A stretch of 64,000 nucleotides of DNA from Collinsella sp. (GCA_014871645.1 WGSN01000007.1:16378-80377); one strand, 5' to 3'. Positions 19,486 through 29,595 are shown, counted from the stretch's first letter. Notes: generated from the letters alone by a model not told the origin. Translations and numbers: made by a program.

Positions 19486-20139
19486 CTACCCCTTCAATTC
19501 GGTCAGGTCGTGGGAGTCGAGCGACTTGGTGTCGTTCCAAATCCTCACGACGACGGCGGACATGATGATGACGGCGAAGATGGCGTCGGTGGCGATGCCG
19601 ATCTCGATGATCTCGGGGGCCGTGGGCGCGAGCAGAGCGAGCGTCACGTGGCTACCGTTCTCCATAAGGCAGTACCCGAAGATCTGCTTGAGGATGTTGC
19701 GCTGGGAGATGATGCACGTGAGGCCGACGAAGAAGTGCGCGAAGCTGATGGCGAGGGCCGGAGTGGCCACCTCGGCGGTGGGCAGGCTCAGGCGCGTGAC
19801 CACCGCGAAGCAGACGGCCACCTCCAGACCGGTGAGGATGATGGTCCAGGCCGGCTTGATGGAGGAGGTCAGCGTGCTATCGGCAGGCGAACCCATCTTC
19901 TTGTAGGCACGGTTGAGAATGAACGGAACGAGGATCACCTTGGTGACGAAGGCCGACGCGGCCCACATGAGAAGCTCGGTGGCACCGGTGGTGAGGCCCA
20001 GGGTGAGCAGCACGCCCACCAGGACAACCGACTGGATCGCGTACCACTTGATGGCGGACGGGATGGTCTTCGAGACGACCACCATGGTGGAGGTCACGAT
20101 CAGAAGACCGCCCAGGATATTGACTAACGAATAACCCAT
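19486..20139 (-). CDS. hyfE: Hydrogenase-4 membrane subunit E
   Basis: KQIFGYCLMENGSH motif; position in the operon. Confidence 0.9.
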   Translation of the reverse strand: MGYSLVNILGGLLIVTSTMVVVSKTIPSAIKWYAIQSVVLVGVLLTLGLTTGATELLMWAASAFVTKVILVPFILNRAYKKMGSPADSTLTSSIKPAWTIILTGLEVAVCFAVVTRLSLPTAEVATPALAISFAHFFVGLTCIISQRNILKQIFGYCLMENGSHVTLALLAPTAPEIIEIGIATDAIFAVIIMSAVVVRIWNDTKSLDSHDLTELKG

Positions 20140-20149
20140 GTCCTACCTC

Positions 20150-21607
20150 CTAACCCATCCAACTAGAGGACAGAGGACCGGCGACGACGACCATGATCAT
20201 GAGGACGACGAACACGAACGCCATGGCGCGCGGAAGGGGCTGGCCGGCGGCCACGGTCTCGCTCGGCTCACCGGGCAGGACCTTACCCATCCAACGCAGG
20301 AACCATGCGAAGGTGGCGACGGTCTCGACGACCATGACGCACACGAGGACAAAGATGACCGTGTTGGTAGCACCAACCGCGAAGCCACCGGAAATGATCT
20401 GGAACTTGGAAAAGAACGTGCTCATGGGGGGCACGCCGGCGATAGCGGTCGCGGCGACCGCAAAGCCCACGCCCGTGACCGGGTACTTCTTCATGAGGCC
20501 CTGGATCTTGGGCAGCATACGGGTTCCCAGCGTGAAGCTGAGAGAGCCAGCGATGAGGAAGAACAGGGTCTTGGTGAACGCGTGGTTGAAGATGTGCTCG
20601 ACGGCGCCGTTAAACGCCATCTGGCTTCCGAACACGGAGAGGCCCAGGCCAAAGAACACGTAGGCGAGCTGCGCGATCGTCGAGAAGGCGAGCAGGCGCT
20701 TCATATCCTTCTGGGGCAGGTACATGAGGAAGCCGAAGAGCATGGTCACGACGGCGTCGATGATGGCGACCCAACCGACGATCTCGGGGATATCGCCGGC
20801 GCTCGCAAGAGCGCGGGCGAACACGCACACGCCGACCTTAACCATGGACGCGCCATGAAGGTAGGCGGAAACGGGCGTGGGGGCCTCCATTGCGGAGGGC
20901 AGCCACATGTAGAGCGGGAACTGGGCGGACTTGGCCCAAGCAGCGAACAGGATGAGCAGCAGCACGACGGTCTTCATACCGGAATCGAGCTGGGAGATCG
21001 CGCTCAGCGCGAACGTGCCGGTTCCGGCGAACAGGAAGGCCGCGCCGATGTAGAGTCCCAGAGCGCCGATATGGGTGATGATGAGCGCCTTCATACCGGC
21101 CTTCTTGGCCGTGGGCGTCATGTAGTAGCTGATGAGGCCCCAGGAGCACACACCGGTGATCTCGAAGAAAACGAGCTGGCCGACGATGGTGGAGCTGTAG
21201 GCGAGACCGGCCATGGCGCCGATGAACGTGGAGAAGTACACGTAGAAGCGACGGCGGGGCGCGTCGGGATGCTCCTTATTCTTATCGCTCATGTACGGGA
21301 ACGAATAGATGACGACGAGCAGGCCGATAGCGACGAACGCGGGTGCGAGCAGCGTGCTCATCCGGTCGAATATGAAGCCCATGACCAAGGTCTGGCCCAT
21401 ACTCGCCCAGGTTACATCGACCGCGTTCATGCCGTTTCCGGCAAACGTCGCGGCCAAGCCAACGGAAGCGACCGTGGCGATGCCGCCGGCAAAGGCGCAG
21501 ATCCATTTAGCGTAGGGACGCGGCAGCATGACGATGAGCAGGGAGCCCAGCATGGGGACGGCGATCGCCACCATGGCAAAGAGGGACAAGCTCGATTCGA
21601 TTGACAT
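20150..21607 (-). CDS. hyfD: Hydrogenase-4 membrane subunit D
   Basis: AWAKSAQFP, AMEAPTPVSAYLHGASMVKVG motifs. Confidence 0.92.
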   Translation of the reverse strand: MSIESSLSLFAMVAIAVPMLGSLLIVMLPRPYAKWICAFAGGIATVASVGLAATFAGNGMNAVDVTWASMGQTLVMGFIFDRMSTLLAPAFVAIGLLVVIYSFPYMSDKNKEHPDAPRRRFYVYFSTFIGAMAGLAYSSTIVGQLVFFEITGVCSWGLISYYMTPTAKKAGMKALIITHIGALGLYIGAAFLFAGTGTFALSAISQLDSGMKTVVLLLILFAAWAKSAQFPLYMWLPSAMEAPTPVSAYLHGASMVKVGVCVFARALASAGDIPEIVGWVAIIDAVVTMLFGFLMYLPQKDMKRLLAFSTIAQLAYVFFGLGLSVFGSQMAFNGAVEHIFNHAFTKTLFFLIAGSLSFTLGTRMLPKIQGLMKKYPVTGVGFAVAATAIAGVPPMSTFFSKFQIISGGFAVGATNTVIFVLVCVMVVETVATFAWFLRWMGKVLPGEPSETVAAGQPLPRAMAFVFVVLMIMVVVAGPLSSSWMG

Positions 21608-21623
21608 AGTTTCTCCCTTCTCC

Positions 21624-22547
21624 CTACACGCCTACGACGACGAAGACGAACGCGAGGACCGCGATGCCGACGACGGCCCAGGTCTGGTTACCGAGCACCT
21701 TGAAGCGCGAACGGGAAACGGAGTTCTCGAGCACGCCGCAGACGACGAAATCGACCAGGCACTTGACGAGGAAGACGACGGCGCCCACGAGAGCGGTGAC
21801 GCCGATGGTCGCGGGCTCTCCCCAGGGGATGAAGATGGAGGTGAACCAAGCGACGACCACGACCTGCTTCATGCCCATGGCGAGCTTCATCATGGCCAGG
21901 GACGGGCCGGAGAGCTCGGCGAGCGGGCCCTCCTGGAGCTCCTGCTCGGCTTCGGCCTGATCGAACGGAAGCTTGCCGAGCTCCATGTAACAGGCGGCCG
22001 CGAAGGCGACGCCGGCGAGGATAACGGCGACGACGCTCGAGACGTTGCCCGTAACGATGTGCTGACCCATGGTCGCAATGTCAGTGGAGCCGCACACGAT
22101 GGCGACGGTGAACAGCGCGATGAGCATGGACGGCTCGATGAGCACGCTCATGAGGAGCTCGCGGATACCGCCGAAGCCCGCGTAGGCGTTGGAGGAATCC
22201 ACGCCGGACAGCGCGAAGAAGAAGCGGGACAGCGCGAGCGCGTACATGATGGTGATGGCGTCACCAAAGACGGGCATGGGGCTCTGGAGCGTGAACATGG
22301 GCAGGCCCATGGCGAGCATAAACGACACCGCGAGGAACAGCGGCGGCATGATGCGCAGCACGAAGCTCGAGTCGGAACTCACGGACTCGGGACGCGCCAT
22401 GAGCTTCGCGAGGTCCCGGTAATCCTGAAGGATGGACGGACCGCGGCGATTGTGCATCTTCGCGCGAATCACACGGGCGAGGCCGGAGAAGAAGGGCGCG
22501 ACCAGCATGACCACGAGGCCCTGCGCCATCGCAAGAACGATGTTCAT
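21624..22547 (-). CDS. hyfC: Hydrogenase-4 membrane subunit C (NuoH-like)
   Basis: RRGPSILQDYRD, KLPFDQAEAEQELQEG motifs. Confidence 0.92.
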   Translation of the reverse strand: MNIVLAMAQGLVVMLVAPFFSGLARVIRAKMHNRRGPSILQDYRDLAKLMARPESVSSDSSFVLRIMPPLFLAVSFMLAMGLPMFTLQSPMPVFGDAITIMYALALSRFFFALSGVDSSNAYAGFGGIRELLMSVLIEPSMLIALFTVAIVCGSTDIATMGQHIVTGNVSSVVAVILAGVAFAAACYMELGKLPFDQAEAEQELQEGPLAELSGPSLAMMKLAMGMKQVVVVAWFTSIFIPWGEPATIGVTALVGAVVFLVKCLVDFVVCGVLENSVSRSRFKVLGNQTWAVVGIAVLAFVFVVVGV

Positions 22548-22564
22548 AATATCCTCTCCCCTCT

Positions 22565-24583
22565 CTAGACCATGACCACGGCGAGCACGAGGAAGACCAC
22601 GAGCGCCGCGACGATGTAGCAGATGTATACGGAGTAGTTGCCGCCCTCGATCTTGGAGGCGAGGCCGGCCAGCTTGTCGGCACCCTCGCTCGGTGCATCG
22701 ACCAGGAAACGGTCGGGCAGGGGCTCGACGCCCTGGGCGACACCGGTGAGCTTCTGGAACACGTGCGCGATGGACCAGCAGATCTTGGTGCATACCTCGC
22801 GCAGGGTGTAGAGCGGGCCCATGAAGAGTTCGACGTCGGACGCGAAGCTCGTGGCGACGACGGGCATGTGCTCGTTGGGCTCGTAGCCGCACGCCCAAGG
22901 GTCGGTCTTCTTAGCGGGGGCCTTGGCGCCGAGGCAGGACCTCAACGCGAACGCGAGGCCGGTGAGGACCACGAGCGCGATGGCGATCGCGGGGGTGGAG
23001 GTGGCGGCACCGGAAATCTCGTTCACCAGAGACACGCCCGAGGTGGCTGTGATGGCAGAGCCGGCAAGCACGCTCTGGGCGACGTCGCCCAGAACCGGGG
23101 CGATGACGGGAGAGCCGATTCCCAGCACCACGCAGATGGCCGCGAGGAGCATCTGCGAGAACAACATCGGAGCCGGGGACTCCTTGGCGTTCGCGGCCTC
23201 CTGGGAACGAGGGCTGCTCGCGAACGAGACGCCGTAGGCCTTCACGAAGCACGTGACGGCCAGGGCACCGGTGATGGCGAGGGCGGCCGCGGAGGCGACG
23301 GCGAACACCATGACGACCGGGTCGGAGAGCGTCGAGATGTTGAACAGGGACTGGTAGGTGAACCACTCGGAAACGAAGCCGTTGAGCGGCGGGATAGCCG
23401 AGATGGCAAGGGCACCGATGAGGAAGCAGACGGCCGTGACCGGCATACGGCGGAACAGGCCGCCCATCTTCTCCATGTTGCGCGTACCCGTGGCATAGAG
23501 CAGGGAGCCCGCGCCGAGGAACAGCTCGCCCTTGAACATGGCGTGGTTGAGCGTGTGGTAGAGGGCGGCCATGAGCGCGATCGTCGCGATGACGTCGTTG
23601 CCCAGGGCGTGCGCCGTCATGGACGCGCCGACACCGAGCAAGATGATGCCGATGTTCTCGACGGAGTGATAGGCAAGCAGGCGCTTGATGTCGTGCTCGT
23701 GGAGGGCGTAGACGACACCCAGGACCGACGAGATGGATCCGAAGACCAGGACCATGAGGCCCCACCAGAGCTGGACGCCCGAACCCGCGAGCAGGTCGAG
23801 ACCGACCTTGAGGATTCCCAGGATGCCGATCTTGATCATGCCGCCGGACATGAGGGCGGACACGTTGGACGGCGCCTCGGGGTGCGCCTGGGGCAGCCAG
23901 GAGTGCAGCGGAATGATACCGGCCTTCGCGCCAAATCCGAAGAACGCGAGGACGAAGCACGCGGAGGAGACGGCGGGTCCAAAGTCATGCGTACGGAAAT
24001 CACTGAAGCTGAAGGAACCGCCCACGCCGTTGGTCATGAGCAGGAAGCTCGCCATGATGAGAACGAAGCCCACGTGCGCGATGACGAAGTAGAGCCAACC
24101 GCCCCTAATGGAGTTCTTGTTCTCCTCGATAACGACAAGGAAGTAGCTCGTAAGGGACATGAGCTCAAAGGCGACCAGGAACCAGAACACGTTGTCGGCG
24201 GTGATGACGAGCATCATCGAGGCGACGAAGGTGTTCATAAAGAAGCCGGCGCGCCCGACCTTGCCTGGGTACTCGTCGAAGTAGGACAGACCGTAGATGA
24301 AGCCCGCAAAGGCGAGAATCGAGATGAGGACCACGATCAGACCCGCAAGGCCGTTGAGCAAGAGCTCGAGACGGGCGAACGGGAAGAAGAAGACCGTGTT
24401 GAGGGACGAAACGTCGCCAAGCACGGCCTCGAGGCCCGCGATGAACGACAGCACGGCCGCGACGGCGCCGATCAGGCAGCCGGCGGTCTTGGCGGCGTTG
24501 TCGGCCTTAATCAGCAGAACCGAGGCGAGCGCACCGATGCACGAGACGGCAAGCGATGCGATAAACAGCGTCATGCTATCCAT
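22565..24583 (-). CDS. hyfB: Hydrogenase-4 membrane subunit B
   Basis: PLHSWLPQAHPEAPSNVSALMSG, LPPLNGFVSEW-like and WACGY motifs. Confidence 0.92.
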   Translation of the reverse strand: MDSMTLFIASLAVSCIGALASVLLIKADNAAKTAGCLIGAVAAVLSFIAGLEAVLGDVSSLNTVFFFPFARLELLLNGLAGLIVVLISILAFAGFIYGLSYFDEYPGKVGRAGFFMNTFVASMMLVITADNVFWFLVAFELMSLTSYFLVVIEENKNSIRGGWLYFVIAHVGFVLIMASFLLMTNGVGGSFSFSDFRTHDFGPAVSSACFVLAFFGFGAKAGIIPLHSWLPQAHPEAPSNVSALMSGGMIKIGILGILKVGLDLLAGSGVQLWWGLMVLVFGSISSVLGVVYALHEHDIKRLLAYHSVENIGIILLGVGASMTAHALGNDVIATIALMAALYHTLNHAMFKGELFLGAGSLLYATGTRNMEKMGGLFRRMPVTAVCFLIGALAISAIPPLNGFVSEWFTYQSLFNISTLSDPVVMVFAVASAAALAITGALAVTCFVKAYGVSFASSPRSQEAANAKESPAPMLFSQMLLAAICVVLGIGSPVIAPVLGDVAQSVLAGSAITATSGVSLVNEISGAATSTPAIAIALVVLTGLAFALRSCLGAKAPAKKTDPWACGYEPNEHMPVVATSFASDVELFMGPLYTLREVCTKICWSIAHVFQKLTGVAQGVEPLPDRFLVDAPSEGADKLAGLASKIEGGNYSVYICYIVAALVVFLVLAVVMV

Positions 24584-25193
24584 TATTTACGCTCCCTTCT
24601 GCTTTCTCGGACAGGCCCTGGGCCACAGCGGTAACGTCGACGACCGGACCGTTTTCGATCGAGCGCAGGCGCTTGGCCTCGTCGAGCTCGCGATCGGCCG
24701 CGCCGCCCATGACGGTCAGCGCCTTGGTGGGGCACGCCGCCACACAATGCGGGCCGTCCGGATCGAAGGCACACAGGTCGCACTTGACGGCGCAGGTGTA
24801 CTGGCCAGGAGCCCACGTAAGCAGGCTGCTCAGGGACTTAGGATACGAAGGCGTCGGGTCGCACATGCCTGCGACACCGGCGATAGACGTGCCATCGGGA
24901 TGGATGGCTCCGAAGGGGCACGCGATGGCGCACAGCCTGCACCCGATGCACTCCTGCTCCTTGACGTGGATGCGATCGCCATCGTGCTCGATGGCATTCA
25001 CCGGGCAAACCTCGGCGCAGGGAGCACCCTCGCAATGGTGGCAGGCAAGGGCGGCCGAAATACCGCCGGTCTTCACGAGCGCCAGGCGCGGCGTATCCTG
25101 AAGACCCTGCATCCGGTGGGCGTCGGCACAGGCGGACTGGCATGTTCCGCAGCCGATGCACCTCTCCGGGTTGATGTCGATGAAGCGGTTCAT
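24576..25193 (-). CDS. hyfA: Hydrogenase-4 4x[4Fe-4S] subunit A
   Basis: MNRF start; CIGCGTC, CHHCEGAPC, CIGCRLC, KCDLC motifs. Confidence 0.9.
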   Translation of the reverse strand: MNRFIDINPERCIGCGTCQSACADAHRMQGLQDTPRLALVKTGGISAALACHHCEGAPCAEVCPVNAIEHDGDRIHVKEQECIGCRLCAIACPFGAIHPDGTSIAGVAGMCDPTPSYPKSLSSLLTWAPGQYTCAVKCDLCAFDPDGPHCVAACPTKALTVMGGAADRELDEAKRLRSIENGPVVDVTAVAQGLSEKAEGSVNNG

Positions 25194-25215
25194 CCCCACT
25201 TCCTTTCAAAATAAC

Positions 25216-25250
25216 GGGCCGGGCTCCCGAACGTACGGGACGCCCGGCCC
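25216..25250. terminator. GC-rich hairpin between fdhF and hyfA (attenuator or stability element)
   Basis: GGGCCGGGC/GCCCGGCCC arms. Confidence 0.5.
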
Positions 25251-25271
25251 AAAAAGCCAACGAGAACGGGA

Positions 25272-27494
25272 CTACACGATTTGGTTCACGTGCGTCTCGT
25301 CGTCGAACTTGGCGGCGCCAGGCTCAACGTCCTGGGGAGCGGCGGCGTCCACCAGAGCCTGCTTGAGCTCGGTGTACTGACGCTCCACCTCGCCCTCAGC
25401 CCAGACCTGGTCAGCGATAGCGTCGACCTGGCAGGCGGAGAACTTGTCCTCGGGCGTATGCGAGACCGGGTCGACCTTGTGCATGGTCAGCTCGTTGCAC
25501 TTGCCGATCCACCACTGGTAGGTCATGTAGACCGTGCCCTTGTTGATGCGATCGCTCACGTCGGCGCGGCTGTATACCTGGCCGCGGCGGCTGTGAATCG
25601 AGACGATGTCGCCATTCTTGATGCCGCGCGCCTGGGCGTCCGCGGGATTCATGCGGACAAAGCCGGGCTCGTCGGCAAGCAGCGCCAGCGTCTTGCAGTT
25701 GCCGGTCATCGAGCGGCAGCTGTAGTGACCGACCTCGCGGACGGTGCACAGGATGAGCGGGTACTCATCGTCGGGAAGCTCGGAGGGCGCCTCCCAGTCG
25801 TGCGCCATCAGATTGGCGCGGCCGTCCTTGGTGGTGAACTTGCCACCAGCGAACATGTCGGGCGTACCGTGGTCGTTCACATCGGTGCTCTTGACGGGCC
25901 ACTGAGCGTAGCCGCCCTCGGGAGCCATCTTCTCGTAGGTCGCACCCACAAAGTTGGGGCATAGGCTAATGCACTCGTTCCAGATCTGCTCGGTGTTGTC
26001 GTAGTGCATGGGGTAGCCCATGCGCGTAGACAGATCCGCGAAGATCTCCCAGTCGTGACGGCACTCGCCCTTGGGCGGAACAGCCGCGTCAAAGTGCTGG
26101 AAGCTACGGTCGGATGCGGTAAAGACACCCTCGTGCTCGCCCCAAGAGGTGGCAGGCAGGATGACGTCGGCGAGCATGGTCGTCTGCGTCATAAAGATGT
26201 CCTGGCAAATGAACAGATCCAGCTCGGAGAGCGTCTTGCGCATTCCGGCCGAATCGGGCTCGGTCTGCACCGGGTCCTCGCCGTAGTTGTAGAAGCAGTG
26301 CACCTTGCCCTCGTCGACCAGGTGGCCCAGGTCGGTGAGCTTGTAGCCCTCCTCGAGCGGGAGCTTTTCCTCGGGCACGCCCCAAGCCTTGGCAAACTTG
26401 GCACGCACTGCCGGGTCGGTGACCTTCTGGTAGCCAGGGTACAGGTTGGGCAGCATGCCCATATCACAGGAGCCCTGAACGTTGTTCTGACCGCGCACGG
26501 GCGCGAGGCCGGAATTGGGTTTGCCGATCTGGCCGGCAACGCAGGCGATGGAGGCGATGGTGTGCACCGTCTTCAGGTTCTGCTTCTGCTGGCATACGCC
26601 CATACCCCAGCCAATGATGGCAGAGGGCTTCGCCGTGGCGTACATCTCGGCAGCTTGGTGGATCAACGCGGGCTCGACACCCGTGATGTCCTGTACGGAT
26701 TCGGGAGTGTAGTTCTTGATGGTCTCCCACCACTCGTCAAAGCCGTTCGTGTGCTCGGCGACGAATTCCTTGTCGTAGAGGCCATCGTTGACCAGACAGT
26801 TGGCAAAGGCGTTGAGGAACGCAACGTTGCAACCGTTCTTGATCGGAAGGTAGAGATCGGCGATACGCGCGGTTTCGATATGGCGCGGATCGGCGACGAT
26901 GATCTTGCAACCCTTTTCTTTGGCTCGCACGATACGCCTTGCGACGATGGGGTGCGAATCGGCAGGGTTATAGCCGAAGAGGAAAATGCAGCCCGCATCC
27001 TCCATACCGGGGATGGAGCATGACATGCAACCTGAACCAACCGTGTCCATCAGACCGAGGACAGTAGGGCCGTGTCAAGTACGGGCGCAGTTGTCCACGC
27101 TGTGGGTGCCGATGCACGCACGCGTAAACTTCTGCATGACGTAGTTCGCCTCATTGCCGCCGCCTCGCGAAGAGCCGGTGGTCATGACAGCGTTAGGACC
27201 ATATTCGTCAATTATGGCCTGCATCTTAGATGCGGTGAAATCCAGTGCCTCGTCCCAGCTTACGCGCTCAAGATCCGCGCCCTTGGTGCGACGGATCATC
27301 GGGTGCAGTACGCGAGGAGTCAAGATCTTGGTGTCGTTGATGAAGTCGTAGCCGCTCATGCCCTTAAGGCACAGCTCGCCCTGATTGGTGATGCCGTTGA
27401 GCGGTTCGGTACCCACGACCTGGCCGTTTTGGACCAAGAGGTTAAACTGGCAACCGGCGCCGCAATACGGGCAGATCACTTTATGCTTCTCCAT
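25272..27494 (-). CDS. fdhF: Formate dehydrogenase H, selenocysteine-containing (UGA at 27075-27077)
   Basis: Two track ORFs join in frame via TGA to give DNCART-U-HGPT; CPYCGAGC, LCLKG, RGQNNVQG motifs; 740 aa. Confidence 0.96.
27044..27063 (-). promoter_or_regulatory. Bacterial SECIS hairpin of fdhF
   Basis: UGUCC-UC-[GGUCU]-GA-U-GGACA starting 11 nt after the UGA. Confidence 0.75.
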
Positions 27495-27570
27495 GACACC
27501 CTCCTTCCTTTCTCTGCTACCGATTAATCGGTACTTATTTGACAATCGTTGGGCTTGTATGGCCGCCCGC

Positions 27571-28089
27571 CTACGCCTCGTTTTCGATGGTGGCGCGGGC
27601 ACGCTCGGCAGTCAGCTCCGCCAAGCGCTCCTCGTCCACCAGGGTGAGGCCCTTGGTCGGACAAGCCTCGGCACACGCCGGACCGCCGGGACGGTCCACG
27701 CACAGGTCGCACTTGAGCACGAAGCTCTTAGTCTGCGAACCTACGCGCACGTCGCCCATCAAGACGGGGACCTGCGTGGTCGCCACGCTCACGGCGCCAA
27801 AGGGGCAGGCCATGACGCAGCTCTTGCAGCCGATGCAGTTGTCCTCGTTGACGCCGATGCGATGGTTCTTTGGATCAAAGAACAAGGCGCCCGTAGGACA
27901 GGCCTTCGCGCACGGGGCATCCTCGCAGTGATGGCAAGCCACCGGTGCGGAAATCTCGTACGTACGCGTCACGCGCAGGCGCGGCGCGGCGATGTTACCG
28001 GGGATGTCGTGCGCCTCGATACACGCCGCCATGCAGGTTTGACACCCAATGCAGCGCGAAGAATCGGCTACGACTCGCTTATTACCCAT
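27571..28089 (-). CDS. hydN: HydN-like 4x[4Fe-4S] electron transfer protein
   Basis: CIGCQTC, CHHCEDAPC, CIGCKSC, KCDLC motifs; first gene of the operon. Confidence 0.85.
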   Translation of the reverse strand: MGNKRVVADSSRCIGCQTCMAACIEAHDIPGNIAAPRLRVTRTYEISAPVACHHCEDAPCAKACPTGALFFDPKNHRIGVNEDNCIGCKSCVMACPFGAVSVATTQVPVLMGDVRVGSQTKSFVLKCDLCVDRPGGPACAEACPTKGLTLVDEERLAELTAERARATIENEA

Positions 28090-28267
28090 GTTGTTCACTC
28101 CCTCCTGAATCCCTTGTCGGAGAGACCCTGTCGACATTGACCCGGACCGCCCGTGGTCCGGCATCGGCGTATCGAGTGCATGCGGCGAAACAGGCACTTC
28201 GATAGAATTCCTCCAACGATATACAGGTTAAATATACGCAGTTGCAGGTGGCAAACTTGAGCATAGG

Positions 28268-28293
28268 CCCTGCAATACGGGTGTATTGCAGGG
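28268..28293. promoter_or_regulatory. Candidate operator palindrome upstream of the FHL operon
   Basis: CCCTGCAATAC-GGGT-GTATTGCAGGG, a perfect 11-bp inverted repeat in AT-rich divergent intergenic DNA. Confidence 0.45.
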
Positions 28294-28516
28294 GTTTTGG
28301 CAGGTTGGAATTATTCTCTAGAGGCTATAAAGGTGAGTGTATTACATGCGTACGCCTCAGAGATTTTTACGCACTCTCATTTTGGATGTATTACGCTTGT
28401 ATACATGTTAATGGTTATTTACTTGAGCGAAATAAAGTAATCGTTATAAGATGCTCAAGTATCGGCACATGCCGCATTTGACCGACTATATTGCACGCTC
28501 ATTAAGGGGGCCAGTG

Positions 28517-28840
28517 ATGTCATCGACTCAAAAACGAGCCATCCTGCAGGTGCGCATTCGCGAAGAGGACAAACAGCATGCCGAGCGCCTCTACGACGCC
28601 ATGGGCACATCGCTTGCCGAGGCCGTTCGCCTTTTTGTCGCGCAGAGCATTTTGATGCGCAAGCTCCCCTTTCAGCCGGTCGCCGTGCGTTCCAAGGACG
28701 GCACGGCCGCCTATGGATCGCTCAAAGCATATGGGGACCCCAATCGCCGCTCCGAAGAGCGCAATGCCTGGATTGAGTACCTTGCCACAGAAAGCGACGA
28801 TTCGATTTTGGGTCCCGAGGAAGTAGATATCCATGAGTAG
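28517..28840 (+). CDS. RelB/DinJ family antitoxin
   Basis: LQVRI.EEDK..AE.LY..MGTSLAEAVRLF......LPF ribbon-helix-helix pattern. Confidence 0.85.
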   Translation: MSSTQKRAILQVRIREEDKQHAERLYDAMGTSLAEAVRLFVAQSILMRKLPFQPVAVRSKDGTAAYGSLKAYGDPNRRSEERNAWIEYLATESDDSILGPEEVDIHE

Positions 28841-29309
28841 CACCATCATCGACGAGACCGTCATCCTGCGCTACCTGCTTGACGACGACGAGGTTCTGTC
28901 ACCGCGCGCCGCCAAGGTCATCGCCACGCGCACCGCTCGCGTCTACCCCGAAATCATCACGCGCGTCGTGGTCACGCTGCGCGACGTCTATAAGGTTCCC
29001 CGCGTTGAGATTACTGCGGCCATGAAAAGGCCGCTCGATGACGTCATGGTCGACGAGCCCACCGTTGTCGCCCTTGCCGTCAAACTCTTTGGCAAGACCC
29101 ATATGGACTTTACCGACTGCCTCCTCGCAGCCCGAACCGCCATCTACAACGATGATGTCGTGAGCTTTGGCAAGCCCATCATCCAAGGCATGATCGATTA
29201 CCGCCGCAAGCGCCAAACCGCGGCCGACGCTCGCGACCGCGCCGCCGAAGCCCGCAGCCGAAGCACCGACTCCACCATCGACAAACTCCGCCACCAATCC
29301 CGCCACTAA
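28833..29309 (+). CDS. PIN-domain protein (VapC-like), apparently degenerate active site
   Basis: IIDETVILRYLL, MDFTDCLL; overlaps the antitoxin stop. Confidence 0.8.
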   Translation: MSSTIIDETVILRYLLDDDEVLSPRAAKVIATRTARVYPEIITRVVVTLRDVYKVPRVEITAAMKRPLDDVMVDEPTVVALAVKLFGKTHMDFTDCLLAARTAIYNDDVVSFGKPIIQGMIDYRRKRQTAADARDRAAEARSRSTDSTIDKLRHQSRH

Positions 29310-29355
29310 CCGACAGGCAACGGCATCGCCCGCCACTCAGCCCCATCCCCACCTG

Positions 29356-29422
29356 AGTTGCGGTGAAATAGTTCCTGGATTTAGGCTTATTCGAGCCTTT
29401 CAGGAACTATTCCACCGCAACT
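29356..29422. repeat. R1 palindromic repeat copy B
   Basis: 22-bp arms with 1 mismatch; 63-bp core. Confidence 0.9.
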
Positions 29423-29595
29423 TTCTGTAAGGGTGGTTTTTAGTGCCGCCGAGGGGCACTAATCAACCGTTTGCCGATATGTTTGGCTACGACTCATGAC
29501 TCTGACCTGCCCCGTCAAGCTTTTGGTCAGTTCATGGCAAGGTCAGGCGGGCCAAATATGGGATAGCGTAGTGTCATTCACTCCCCCTCGAGACC

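Noticed and set aside
25272..27602. fdhF as a split pseudogene (same issue for selD at 35589)
   Set aside because: The in-frame TGA falls at the conserved Sec position with a downstream hairpin, and the Sec machinery is present
29503..29513. TGACCTGCCCC as an IS3-family end
   Set aside because: No transposase or partner end; better explained as one arm of a local inverted repeat
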